From the NCBI GenBank assembly GCA_012295275.1, contig CM022672.1, positions 17,918,001-17,982,000 on the forward strand: DNA of 64,000 nucleotides. The letters run 5' to 3'. Under the pieces are notes generated by a model that was not told where the DNA came from, made no database searches, and saw only the letters and a program-made list of their open reading frames with translations. Both the position numbers and the translations under genes were made by a program. The DNA is from Chrysomallon squamiferum. Its lineage: Eukaryota > Animalia > Mollusca. Positions 42,665 to 56,611 of the stretch are shown in pieces (position 1 is the stretch's first letter; every line of letters starts with the position of its first letter).

Positions 42665-44833
42665 CGTATGTCTAAACTGAAATATAATAACCAAGTAAAA
42701 GAAATGTAAAGTATATATTCTGTAGGTGTCTAAAATGAAATCAGCAATTTTGGATCGCTGTCATTAACGCTATTAGTCTTCATCTTCTATAAATGTTGCA
42801 AAAAATATTCTTCGGTTTCTTCATACGTTCTCACAGGTTTTCTCAGTTGACGATGTGTTGGAAGGTTTTAATAATCTTCTTCAAAAGCGTGGCACATCGT
42901 ACTTAAAAGATACGTGAAGTAGTAGTATCTGTCTACAGCAGACCCCAAAACAATGTGACATATTAAACACTCTATCGTTACCTAATGTACAGTGTTATGC
43001 TGATAGTACTGTTTGTCGTATGTAAATGTATGTTGTTTTTGTTTTATTTTTTATAGCTCAGCCTTCGTCCGTTTATTTTTATATAAAATATCATTCCGGT
43101 GTTGCGAAGAAATAGATGTTTGTGTTTGTGTGGATGTGTGAGTTTTTTTTCGTGCAAATGATTAAGGTCAGTTAAACATTTACTGCACACAAATACTCAG
43201 ATAATCATTGTCAGTGAATGAAAACTCGAAAAGGTCACTATGAAGGACTCTGCATCAAACTTCATGTGCTGTGTAACAGTTAATGTGTTTCAGCTTGTTC
43301 ACTAATTATTTTTGACTAGTATCCCGCAGCTGTTTGTGCGTGTAATTATAAATACATCCAGCGGATCATGAATCACAGTTTTCATTATAGCTCTTTAGAA
43401 TGGTATATATATATATATATATACACACACGCATGTCTGAATATACAAACTAATATTTATATATATATATATTCAAAAATGCGAAAGCCGACAGATTTCT
43501 TAGCAAGCTTTAATGAACACACACACACACACAGACATACATACAGACACATACGAATATAATACACAAATGCAGAAACCGTTGTCATAAAACAATACTA
43601 AAACAGAAAAAAATAACTATTTACCCAAAACGGCAAAACTAATATGAAGTTTATTTAAAAAAATAAAATAATAATAAATAAATAAATACGTATATAACTA
43701 AATAAACAAACATTATATATATATCTAAACATAGATGTGTCTGTCTGTCTATCTCTATCATTGTCTGTCTGTCTGTCTATCTTTGTCTGTGTATCGTTGT
43801 CTGCCTGGCTATCTGTTTGTCTGTATCAGTGTCGATATCCATGTCTATTGGTCTGTCTGTATTTATTTGTATGTATCTATACACGTACGATGTTTGTGTG
43901 GGTATAATTATGCAGCATGTCATATATAACACATATTATAATGCATTTTATATTAAAAAAAAAAAAGAAAAAAAAGAAATGAATATGTATAGATCTGAAC
44001 CAAAAGACACGCGCGAAGTCACAATAAACATAATACAGTCACATGCATTTGAAAATATATATTTTTATATATGCATGCATTACATAAACTTCAGTTATAC
44101 TAAAATCAGACTGGCGGCCATCTTAAAATCACCTTCTTTGTGCAGCAGAAATTTCACTGGTCACATTGATTCAGAAGATAACTCTCCCAAAAAAAATAAC
44201 CCACCAAAAAACCTTCCCCCCTCGAGGTTATTAATAGAACAGTTTACATTCTATCTGTGCTTCTCTGCTGATGTGGACAAATCTCGGGCTGTGAAAAACA
44301 AAATCCATAACCAAACTGCAATGAGAAAAGTTCAAGGACTTATTTCTCTTATTTTCGTTCGCGACTGGAAAAATATCGAAAATAACGACTTGTCTGAGTA
44401 ATTATTTGAACTGAGAAACGACAAACACGTTTAGCTTCAGATTTAAAACAACGGAGAAACGATGGTAACACTCGGGTTAAAACGTAAGGACTGAAATGCT
44501 ATAGACCGTAAGATCGATACCCTGCATTCTTGTTCCCGTTGCTATTAATCAAAACGTTAGTTTATCAAATAGCAGAGCAAATCTATGTATTTATGGTTTG
44601 TTCATGAAATTAAATTTGTGAATACAAAAACCATTCGAAAACTGAACGATATCACCATTTTGGATCCTCGGAAAATGTTTCGGATTTAGGAATTTCGGTT
44701 AAGAGATGCTCAACATGTAACAAATACATATGTAGTAATAAATATATTTGTAATTTTTAAAATGTGCTGCACCGTTTTTAACGATATACTGATAATATCA
44801 TAACTGTAAGGTTTTAGTGCCACCATCAAACGT

Positions 44834-44878
44834 ACGTGAGTATCATATACGTGAGTATCATGAACGTGAGTATCATGA
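44834..44878. repeat. 15-bp tandem repeat x3 (ACGTGAGTATCATRW)
   Basis: Units start at 44834, 44849 and 44864, directly abutting the MITE's left flank. Confidence 0.9.
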
Positions 44879-44885
44879 TAAACAG

Positions 44886-45156
44886 CAATGGCGTGCAGAG
44901 GTCTGGTGATGTCCGGATCCAACTCCTTGATTGTGTGCCCCAAAGACTCAAGCATAAGGCCTTAGTACTGAGAAATATTACGAGAAAGGAAGATATTCTG
45001 AACATGTAAACACAGATGAAACATAAAATAAATACTTTATTACATTTAAATATTAATCAACCGAATTTATTAAATTATTTTCTCTGATTGGATGTCCCCC
45101 CCATTTGGATGCCCGGGGCCACCGACCCTCCGGCCTTCCCCCTCTGCACGCCAGTC
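44886..45156. mobile_element. MITE, probably hAT-type non-autonomous element (271 bp)
   Basis: TIRs CAATGGCGTGCAGAGG (44886-44901) and CCTCTGCACGCCAGTC (45141-45156) with GC-rich subterminal ends. The flanking 8-mers ATAAACAG and ATGAACAA match 6/8, as a decayed TSD would. Confidence 0.7.
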
Positions 45157-45271
45157 ATGAACAACTACTGTAAAGTTTATTAGAAAATAGATTATAATAA
45201 TTATTATTGTCACAGTATTTCGTTTTACGGATAGAATAATGACGCTTTATTTTATACTATGTGAATTTAAG

Positions 45272-45307
<36 letters not shown>

Positions 45308-45568
45308 TAATAAAATAAGAGGAAATAAAATCAAAAATGCCTAATGGTTTCAGTAATTATACAACCTATCCTTTCCTTTTTTATTTGCTGTTACAACGTA
45401 CGTCATTATCAATTTATTGTCATTTATCGTCGCAGTTTATTTCACAGACAGACAGATAGACAGATAAATAAATAAAACAAAACACTTCATCATTTGTTTA
45501 TTTGTCATCATTTAGCCATCTTTAGATAGTGTTACATGTATACTTAACGTAAAAGAATCGTTATTTCA

Positions 45569-45655
45569 TTACGTCACTGGCCATGTCGTCTGCTCGCAGC
45601 GCTCGCTGACTCACGCGAGGTCAAACCGGTCACGTGACACGTCTCACTCGGGTCA
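45569..45655. promoter_or_regulatory. Dense TF-motif cluster (putative enhancer)
   Basis: TTACGTCA (ATF/CREB-like), GCTGACTCAC (AP-1/ARE), AGGTCA and GGGTCA half-sites, and the palindrome GTCACGTGAC (CLEAR/USF) within about 90 bp of CpG-rich sequence. Confidence 0.45.
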
Positions 45656-46572
45656 CAGAAATATCATTATTATTCTTCTTACTGCACTTGCAATCAATTT
45701 CAGATGTCAAGGAAACTACAAAATGATGCAGGAATATGTAATGAGAAATATCTTGCTATACATTTCCGTCGATCATTGATTTGTAAGCTTATTTCCATAC
45801 TTGGCGTTTGTTGCAAACAAAAAATTAAATCAGAAATGCAGACGCCAGCGAGTTACGTTATGTATGTGTGTGTGTATGTATGAATGTATGTACATATATA
45901 TATATGTTACATCTACTACAACTACTTCAACTATTACGATAATAGCAGAAACTGCAACCATTATTACCACTGCTTCTCTGTTCTACTTATTACTATTACT
46001 GTTCCTCAAACTCCTGATACTACTACTACTACGACATTACAACGACAATTGCTACTACATGTATTATTAAACTTTATTATTTTTATTATTATTATTATAA
46101 CATTGTAATTATGATTTTGTTTGACAGAACTGACCACTGATGCTGTACAGAAATAAAAATGTTTTCAAACAAAGGAAATCGGTCAACACATTGTGGCAAA
46201 ATCCAAGATTGCCATTTTTATCGATTTCTTGATGTTCTAATCGGATTGAGCGGTCTTGTGTCAATCAGTCACAACCGATAACTGAAGTTACTGTCTGATT
46301 GATTTTCTAAGTCACATTCTTTATCTTTTAGAGCAGGGATCTCAAAAAGACTCATTATATGTGGCCTGCAATCATCTCTTTGTTTGAGTGTAACATCGTT
46401 CTGTGTCATTGCCACAAGTATTGCCATATTCCAGATAGTAAGAATCTGCTGTGTATACCTCCTGAAAATATTAACACCCACACCTATAGCTGTGTTCTTG
46501 GTCAGTTTGACTTCTTCTGGAGTGTATAATGGATCTTTTCTTTCCATAAGTCTGAGATCCCTGTTTTAGAGT

Positions 46573-46888
46573 GCATGGCCGTAACTAGACTCTTTTTGAA
46601 ATGAGGGGGAAAAAAAACAAAAAAAAAAAAAAAAAAGACTTAAAAATATTTGGGCGACGGGTCTGAGGGCCCGCCTAAGTCTATTGAACTTCAAACGCTA
46701 ACCGTAGACATAAACCAATTCATTCAGTGGAAACCGTTTATGTCGGAATAGAGATTTATATTTTATATTCTTTAAATAAAATCTTTTAATAAAAAAAAAT
46801 ATTTACAAAAAAATAAAAAAAATAAATAAAATCGTCAGTTTCTGTATGAGTCATTTGCCTCATTTGCCTCAGTGGAGTGTGGTCTTGC
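46573..46888. mobile_element. Decayed MITE-like element
   Basis: Left end GCATGGCCGTAACTAG and degenerate right end GCCTCAGTGGAGTGTGGTCTTGC. The flanks TTTAGAGT and TTTAGAAA match 6/8. Confidence 0.4.
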
Positions 46889-46897
46889 TTTAGAAAC

Positions 46898-46939
<42 letters not shown>

Positions 46940-47041
46940 ATGATGTTGATGATATTTAAGGTATTTCTGAGTTCTATAATTCTATAGTTTATATTTCAAA
47001 AGTACTTTAGGCACCCACATGATTAATATTTACAAACACAC

Positions 47042-47083
<42 letters not shown>

Positions 47084-47275
47084 AGACACACACAAACTTG
47101 AATACATACATAGATACAAAATCAAGTTTTAAACAAACAAATAAATAAATAACAACAACAAAACAAACACACACACAAAAAAGGATAAATTTAAACAAAC
47201 AGTTTAAAGAAAAAAAAAATAAAAAAAAAATTAATAAAAGAGAAAGATATAACTACAGGAACACATTTATATTCC

Positions 47276-47308
<33 letters not shown>

Positions 47309-47593
47309 GAAATCTAGCAAACAAAGAAGAACAGATGAGATTGTGTCGGAGAAATCTGAAACCACATTTAAAATTTCCAAGGACAGGTCAACAATAAATC
47401 TAAGTTTTCTTTGCAAAGTAAGCAAAAATGCAACATTAAGAGATTTGAAGCGGGGTTAAAAAAAGGTCACAACTTAATGCCATGCCTCAGCAAAAAAAAA
47501 AAAAATACAGAATAATTATGTACTCAGTCTTTTTTGTGAATTTCTACATGCAACTGTTCGTTGATGATTATTATGATGATGATGATGATGATG

Positions 47594-47655
<62 letters not shown>

Positions 47656-48164
47656 AAGAAGAAGAAGAAAAAAGAAGACTAACAACAACAACAATAGCTA
47701 TTATTATTTTTAACTATTTTCCATTGTAAAAAGAAATTTCCATTTTGAATCCAAAATAAAAAATTTTTTTTTTATTTTTCATTTTCTACTAGAATAACAG
47801 TTTTTACTTAAAGACACCCAACTTAATATCTTACAAAGAACATGACAACCATTATAAAATCCAGCATTATAAATTTCAGGTAAAGCTATAAAATACAAAT
47901 AAAAGCTCCACAATACTTAGAAATAAGGACGATATAAAAAAGATTTATTTCCCTGCTGTACCGAACTTTAATATGAGCCGTGTTCACTGGTGTATTGTTT
48001 TTTTATGGCTCGAGTTAAACATTTTTTTTTTTTTTATCTGATGTTAATGCATTGAAAGCATTATTCTTTGCAAGCAATAAAAAATGAAAATAAAAAAGAT
48101 AACAGCGTTAGTTTACAATAAAAAGCCAGAATTAAAGAATACGAAAAGAGATCTTAAAAGAAAC

Positions 48165-48227
<63 letters not shown>

Positions 48228-49989
48228 ATTAAAAATAATACGTTTATTTTTTTATTCTTCTTTTTATTTTTTATTTTTATATATAAATATATACATATCA
48301 AATTTTAAAAAATAAAAAGAATAATATATATATATTTTTTAAATATAATAAAGAATGTAAATATAATAATTAATATGCATTATTACACTTCTACCGTAGT
48401 TAGAACGTCAGCGACGTTAACGCCAACACCAAGAACTCGGATGTCGCAGCTTAACAACTTCAAAGAAACAGAAGAAAAAATTGAATTTGACCATAAATGA
48501 CTAAATTAACTTTTATTCGTCGATCCAGAAAAATAAATAAATAAATAAATAAATAAATAAAAATAGGGGAAAAAATTGAAAAAAGAAAAATAAAGAAAAA
48601 AAGAAGAAAAACACGAAAAAAGATTTTTCATAAACGTTTGGGATGAGATAATCTTTATATATATATATATATATATGTATAGATATATATATTTAGAACA
48701 AATCTACGCAGCTCACAACTGTATATTTTAAATTAAATTCAATTACTTTAAATGTTTTTCTTCTGATTTATAAAATTATACAAATAATTCTTTATATATG
48801 AAGTCTAGTTAAACTAAATTTAGACACGAGCTAATAAACATAAAGCAGAAATAAATTTACGAAAATAACACAACTTCCCCACTAAAAAGTTTAACCTTTC
48901 CCAAAATAAATTTGAAATTCCTTATTTACTTATTCATTTTTTTTTTTTGCTGAGTTGTTATTTGGAATAATTCTTGTTTTCATTTCTCCACGTAACAGGA
49001 ATTCAGGAATGCACCGTTTTCTCAGACTAACTTTTTTTTTTTTTTTTTTTTTTTTTCTTAATGCCAGATAGCTATTTAATCAAACACTGGTTTGTATCGC
49101 CATGGAAGCATATTCTGGCATCATAAATGCTACCCAGATAGCTACTTGGCGGTTGCCGTGAATGTTGCTGCACTATCAGTAGAGCTGTGTGACTGGTGTG
49201 TATCGAATGGCGTGCTAAACGGCTATGAGAAAGAAAGCGTAAAGCCTCACTCAGCTAATCGACGAAAGTAGACCAAGTACAGGAAGGAAGTTCATTTCCT
49301 CTCCGGCACCAATTTTGTTGTTGAGTTATCTCCCTGTGGTGATGACCGAGATCTGTGTCAAGGTGAATCAGCAAAAACTGCAGTTTCCTTTATTTGTATG
49401 TATGTATGTATGGATGGATGCATAAAAGGATAGAAGATATGCATGTGTGCGCTGATTTGTGTTTGCTGAAATAAGCGTGGATTTGAGAGGTCTATTAAGT
49501 AAGTAAGAATCTTAACCAGCCTCGAGGTTGTGTCTGACATTTATAAATACACACAACAACGAAAACGCTGACTCGGATTAAAAATGACCACAGGTGTTTG
49601 GTTTTAGACGATATAAATGCGAGAACACGTTCAGACCTTCCAGTCTTAAGCATCTGGATAACAACGTCACTGATTGAAAAAACCAAAACAATTTACCTTG
49701 GGCTCGTTAAAACAGATTTGTATGCAGAAGCATGTTAGGTTAACTCTGAACATTGATACCAAGAGATTAATTAACTGTACTTTAAAACAACACGATAGAA
49801 GTAACGTGTCTTAAGATGATGGGGTTTGATGAAAAGTGGTGACAGAATTAACCCCAAGTCTGATGGGTCACAGGATCCATTCTTCTCTGTTTCGTTAACT
49901 TGATTTTTTTTTTCTCCCACTCTTACAGAAACGCACCACTGATTTATTTTTTTTTTTATTTTTATTTTTTTTTTTATTTTTTTTTTATT

Positions 49990-50020
<31 letters not shown>

Positions 50021-50099
50021 TTTTTTTTTATCAGAATCGTAGTACGTGTTTGCATAATCTTGTATTTGAAATTTTTTATAAAGGAACTCATGCATCTGA

Positions 50100-50130
<31 letters not shown>

Positions 50131-51607
50131 TAACCCATACTCTGGAGACAGTCTGTTTCTTCTCAAATATTTTTATCACTAAACACAATACTACATACTT
50201 AACACAGATTAACGACGATATCAGAATATGCTGAGGTGACGTTAGGCAGAAGTTCATTCACTGGACGATTCAGAAACTGACGACAGCTGCACAGTTTTCA
50301 TTTTATGCCTCCTTCTAATTAACGAATCAATTTTTTCCCCATAAATTATTATTATTTTAAACTATAAGCTAACCTGAAGCCTAAACTTAGTTTATTATTT
50401 TCACGACAACACACTGTGAAATACTAAATACAAGAGTTTAAAACAAATTTTCTAGTGCAGTATCTGAAGCAGATATCATACAGATCTTGTGAGATAACTT
50501 TGTAACAGGCTGTCATGTTACATTTAAATGCTATCGCTGATGTCTACAATGTTGTTATCAGTACATGCCTGTCATATTGAATTTTCGCTGACAGTTACAG
50601 CACACTAAAACTGAAGCTGGTATTTTCCTGCAGCAAACGGCCTTGTCCTCCTCGATAAGGCATTGACCCGAACCGAAGCAGACGAGACTGAAATAAACAT
50701 CGGGTCGAGTGCGAGAAAACACAAAGACTTCTGTACATTTTTTTTTAAAAAGGTACTTTTAATCAGAAATAAGTACGGGGTGTTGCATTTTTGATTTTTC
50801 ATTTTAATATCTCGTCGTTTCATATAGAGTTTTATGCAAATATAACTTTAATAGTTGTGTTTTTTTTTGTTATATATTTTCTTTTCATGTTTGTGGGGGT
50901 ATCTTCATGGGGATATTTTTAAATATATATATATATATATATATTTATAGTGTGTATGTGTGCGTCTGTGTTTATGTGTGTACTATAAACTTTATTGTTA
51001 CAAACTCATAACAAAGTTGTTGAAGTATACCTTTTGGGGAGCCAATACAGATCTTTGTATTTTGTATGTCTGTATGTATGTGTGTTTGTGCATCAACACA
51101 GTATCAAGTTAGCTACATTGTATATCTCCATTTACTATAGTAACATATGAAATATTAATAAATAACCATATGTTACTGGATAAAGATTTATATTCATTTT
51201 GCAGTCGAGAAATATTAAAATACATTTATAAAACTATTATTATCATTGTTGTTACTGCTGATAATGACGATGGTGATAATGATGCACTGTTTATATTTTT
51301 GTGTGTGTGTTCGGGTGATGACCTGATGAGCTTTTACATGAAACTGTGATGTATCTGGTTATTGATATCTGCAGTTACTGATCGATAAATCCTTGACCTG
51401 TATTTATGTGCACAGCTGAAATCACCGATTCCTTCAGGGTGTTTTTACTTTTTCTTTTCATCTTAATCTTTCAGATCTTTTTATTTTATTTTTTAAAATA
51501 TTTTTTAATAAATGTCGTCTTCAGTTCAAGATACTGTTGTTCTTTATGTTGGTTGTTTTCTGTTGGTATATGTTGTGGTTGATGTGTTTTCCTATATACA
51601 AGAAGGC

Positions 51608-51677
<70 letters not shown>

Positions 51678-53589
51678 TAAAATGAACGTGTTGAAATGTC
51701 GTAAAACATTCATTTATGGTACTGAAAAAGCCATTTTATTTTACTCTTATCTGAAAGTAATAAAGATATGAAAATAATAGCTTAATGACATGAAATAAAT
51801 ACATTCTCAGCCGGGTACCTGAAAACTGAATAGCACTTAGGAGGGTTGCTCTAGCAAATATTCAATACAGACTGGGTTCCCATTTAACGGCACCACAGTT
51901 AATGTTCTTTATATCGCATTATCATGACACAACAAACAAATTAATAAATATTGCTGATAGAAGTTTTAGGATTCACGTTCAAGTCTTGAAATAACAAACA
52001 TTATTTCATTTATTAAAATATATTTTATTTATTTTATTTTATTTTTTTATTATTATTATTATTATTTTTAATTAAAATGGTTTAAATTTATCTTCTGTAT
52101 TTCCAAGTTACTGTTATGTTGTACTCTGTCGGTGACCGTAAAATAACAAGCTCGTAATGACATTATCTGGAAGGTGAAATTTCCTGGTTTGACAGACGTC
52201 ATATCGCACAGAGAATCTTTGTCATACTATTAAACGTGAAAACCATTATTAAATCGTCATCCTGAAAACCATTAATAAATCATCAACGTCATATAAATTA
52301 TTTAATTACTGTAAATGCTTGATACGTAGTAAAAGTCATAGGAAAATTAATGTCTACATACCTGTTTTATATACATATACATTCACACCTTACGTATTTA
52401 CATATGTGCACACTCAAACATTATATACACACACACATATGAACATACACAAACATTACATACACATACGTACATACAAACACACACACACACATATATA
52501 TATACACACACTTTCATATAAGATGTATTTGTTATAACAATAAATAAATAACATAATATTACACAGAAAACAGACTGTTGTTTTCTATTACGTAATTTCA
52601 CGCAAACATTTCATCACTGAACAACGTTTTCCCCCACAACCCTGTGTTCCCAAGATTCTTTTAACTGGAAGGAGTTTGTTTGCAGAAGTTTACCCCTGTT
52701 TCACCCGTCTCAAACGTCTGTCTGCATCATAGTCTTTTCATAACAGCTATAAAATTATCTTTTGTGTTTTATCAGTACTCTGAATCTCAGATAAAAAACA
52801 CGAACAAAAAAAGAAAGTTTTCATGTCACCGCGTCCTATGCTTAGATGTATTATACAGCGGTATTTAACAAAATATATATATATATATTTATATTTATTT
52901 TTATGAGTATCTCTGCTTGAATGCTCGGCGACATACCAGAGATGCAATAAAAACAGCGGTCTGTGCGTATTTGTCATGACTGAGTATTGAAGTTAATAAC
53001 TCAAACAAACGTAAACGTCAGTTTAACTAAACTTAGCAATAAAACTTATACAACTCGGAACACAGAATCTTTTTTTTTTCACGTTTTTACCTTTTTTTCT
53101 TTTATTTTACTCATGCTGAGAGATTTTCAGGTTAGGACCCGAGATTTCAGAAAGAGGATGGTATCATTAAGATGAACACATCCACACCCACACACACAAA
53201 CACACCTACACCTACCTACCTAAAATGAACCCGTCCAATCACCTATTTTTCTACAGAGATACAGAATACAGAATATTATGCAGATATAGATATATTTTTT
53301 TTTCATGATTATATATTTTAACATTCAGAAATACACACAGTCCATGTATTGCTTGCATAGATTGTTGTCTTTTTTAATTTCTTCACGTCAACATTTAATT
53401 GATGATTTTTTTATGGTTTTTTTTTTAAATGAATACACTACAACATGAGTATATGAACGTATATTTATTTTAAAACCAGTTGCCAGCATTAAAGAGAAAG
53501 ATTTGGCCTGTTAAATACTTCTAGGTTGTAGAAATTCTCAAGCAATGAGTAAATGGAGTTGATGTGAGATAGTTATATGTTGTTTTCAT

Positions 53590-53827
53590 TATTTTTCTGA
53601 ACCTAACTACTGCTACAGCAGTTATTGTTGCAGCTACTACTACAACAGCTGCTACAGTTGTAGCTAAACAACACATGCGGCGGTTGTTGCTGCAACTACT
53701 ACTACCTCTGATGCTACAGTTCCTACTACTACTACTACAACAACAACAACAACAACAACAACTACTACTACTACTACTACTACTACTATCTCTGATGCTA
53801 CAGTTCCTACTACTACTACTACTACTA

Positions 53828-53866
<39 letters not shown>

Positions 53867-53870
53867 GTTT
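53590..53870. repeat. (CTA)n/(CAA)n compound microsatellite with a duplicated CTCTGATGCTACAGTTCCTACTAC block
   Basis: The block occurs at about 53707 and 53790. Confidence 0.85.
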
Positions 53871-54244
53871 TAGCATTACATCTAACACTTCCTATATTAT
53901 TGTTACTGTCATTCTTTTTAAGCATTTGTTTGACAAACATAAACACTGATTTTTAAGTATTGTCATTCACTGAGCGGATACCATCAGAAAATCAGTGCCT
54001 CAATCTCAAATATCAAACAAAATAACAAAATATCACGTCACCGTGTTGTGTAATGCATGTAATCAGCCTTTTTAGAAATATATTTTATCAACATCCGTGT
54101 TCTCTTCGTCACCATTTCTCAGTCGCTTTTTCTCTGTCTTCACCTCTCCTCTCTCACTTCTTGTTCTTTTATCTCTCTTCTCGCTCTTTTCATCTTTTCT
54201 TTCTTCTCTTCTCCTTATCCTCCTTCTCCTTCCCTTCTCTCCCC

Positions 54245-55320
54245 TCCTCACGTCTCTTTCTCATTCTCCTGTCTCCTCTCCTCGCGTCTCTCTTTCTTAT
54301 TTTATTTTCCCTCTCTCCTCTCAGTACGTCTATCTCTCATTCTTCTTCTTCCCCTCTTCTCTGCTTGCATTGTTCTTTCTCTCATTTTCCGCCCCCTCTC
54401 CTCTCATCACGTATCTCTGATTCTCCTCCCCCTTTCTCTTCGCATCACGTCTCTCTAATTCTCCTCCCCCTTTCTCTTCTTATCACGTTTCTCTAATTCT
54501 CCTTACCCTTTCTCCTCTCATATCGTCTCTCTAATTCTCCTTACCCTTTCTCCTCTCATCACGTCTCTCTAATTCTCCTTCACCTTTCTCCTCTCATCAC
54601 GTCTCTCTAATTCTCCTTCCCCTTTCTTCTCTCATCACGTATCTGATTCTCCTTCCCATTCTCTCTTCTCATTACGTCTCTCTAATTCTCCTTCCACTTT
54701 CTCCTCTCATCACGTCTCTCTGATACACATTCCCCTTTCTTCTCTCATCACGTATCTGATTCTCCTTCCCCATCTCTCTTCTCATTACGTCTCTCTAATT
54801 CTTCTTACACTTTCTCCTTTCATCACGTCCCTCTCATTCTCATTCCCTCTCTCTTCTCATCACGTCTCTCTAATTCTCCTTACCCTTTCTCTTCTCATCA
54901 TGTCTCTCTCATTCTCATTCCCTCTCTCTTCTCATCACGTCTCTCTAATTCTCCTTCCCCTTTCTCTTCTCACCACGTCCCTCTCATTCTCATTCCCCTA
55001 TCTCTTCTCATCACGTCTCTCTAATTTTCCTTCCCCTTTCTCTTCTCATCACGTCTCTCTAATTTTCCTTCCCCTTTCTCTTCTCATCACGTCTCTCTAA
55101 TTCTTATTCTCTCTCTCTTCTCATCACGTCTCTCTAATTCTTATTCTCTTTCTCTTCTCATCACGTCTCTCTAATTTTCCTTCCCCTTTCTCTTCTCATC
55201 ACGTCTCTCTAATTCTTATTCTCTCTCTCTTCTCATCACGTCTCTCTCATTCTGATTCCCCTCTCTCTTCTCATCACGTCTCTCTATTATTATTACCCTC
55301 TCTCTCTCATTCTCCTTCCC
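54245..55320. repeat. 38-bp polypyrimidine minisatellite (about CTCATCACGTCTCTCTAATTCTCCTTCCCCTTTCTCTT), roughly 23 well-formed copies
   Basis: Period of 38 measured between 54931 and 54969. The array degenerates into CT-rich sequence toward 54100. Confidence 0.95.
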
Positions 55321-55670
55321 CTTTGACGTCAACTTCTGAATCTTCAGATCTGTGAACAATAAATGAAACGTTTGATCGAATGTTCAACTAACTTGGTAAT
55401 TAAAATTAAGAATGTACATTCTGTGACTGGGATGTTTCTTTCATTCAACCATTCAAAGACCCACAACGTAAACTAACCTGTTTATAAACTACCACCTGCA
55501 AGCCAGAGCAGAAACAAATTCCTATCTGACATATTTTGTATACAGTTAACTTTTCTCTGGCTTTGAAGTTCGTAATCATGGACGAAACAAATAGTTTTAA
55601 GTAAACCAGCTGTACTGCCGCCGTATCACAAAACAAAGAAACAAAAGAAAATGTGGAATGATAACTGATT

Positions 55671-55671
<1 letters not shown>

Positions 55672-55760
<89 letters not shown>
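55672..55760. repeat. (TAA)n microsatellite
   Basis: Pure trinucleotide run. Confidence 0.95.
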
Positions 55761-55765
<5 letters not shown>

Positions 55766-56571
55766 GTAAGAAAAAAATCTTAAAGATTATCTGTAATTAA
55801 GATTATATAGAAAACCCAGAAAAGAAAAAAAAACTAAGTTGTGCTTGTAATAATCATGTTTTTTCTTTATTTTATGTGTGAGTATATTTCTGTCCGTCTG
55901 TCTACTTCTTTGTTTGACTCTCAAACTGTCCATCTCTTTAACTATTCTCTCTCTTGTCTTTAAACTTACATTTAACATACACACACATGCCAACATTAAA
56001 ATTATTTTCTTAAAAAAGTAAATTTTCACTAGGTGTTTGTTATATATGTATGTACTTATGTGTGTATATTTGTATGTATATCTAACTGTGTATTTGTTTG
56101 TGTGTATATGTATATGTATGTCTTATACTGGTTAATACACAGCTAATTAGAAAACACGGTGTGTAGTAGAGAAAATTAAAAACACCAGTCATCCTGTTGC
56201 TAGTCCAGATGTTCGCTGTATCACTGTTAGAAGAGATAGGATATAAACACTGCTTGTGAAATCTGGGAGGTTTGTGCCTCGACCTCAGATTATACTGTAG
56301 TAGTCTTTATAACAGAAGCCAGCAGTTGTAGATAATTAACTGAAGGCGGTTACCTATTTGGGAAGCCTTAAACAACAGAATTGAATAATTATCTTAATTG
56401 AAAATAAAACAAATCAAAGAGAGAGAGAGAGAGAAAGTCGTGAGGGTTTCGTGCAGTTTCGTGGTTTTGTGTTATGCAAATTCTAATACGATTGATTTTG
56501 ATTATCAGCCAGTTTGCTTTTCCGTTCATTTTTATAATACATATAAACGAAACTAACTAAAGAAATAAAAT

Positions 56572-56611
<40 letters not shown>

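Noticed and set aside
43817-44401. 194-aa ORF
   Set aside because: Runs through SSR-derived and poly-A sequence, with AT-rich codon use unlike the two real genes and no motif.
49060-49365. GC-richer block after a poly-T/CAG acceptor-like site as a possible coding exon
   Set aside because: Stops occur in all three forward frames soon after the acceptor, and no recognisable protein is encoded.
51315-51365. CTGATGAG...GAAAC as a possible hammerhead ribozyme
   Set aside because: The core words are present, but stems I, II and III cannot be paired convincingly.
54245-55320. Regular ~38-bp repeats as a possible CRISPR array, and the Ser/Leu/Pro ORFs across them
   Set aside because: The units are contiguous with no unique spacers, no cas genes are present and the context is eukaryotic. 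The ORFs are repeat translations.
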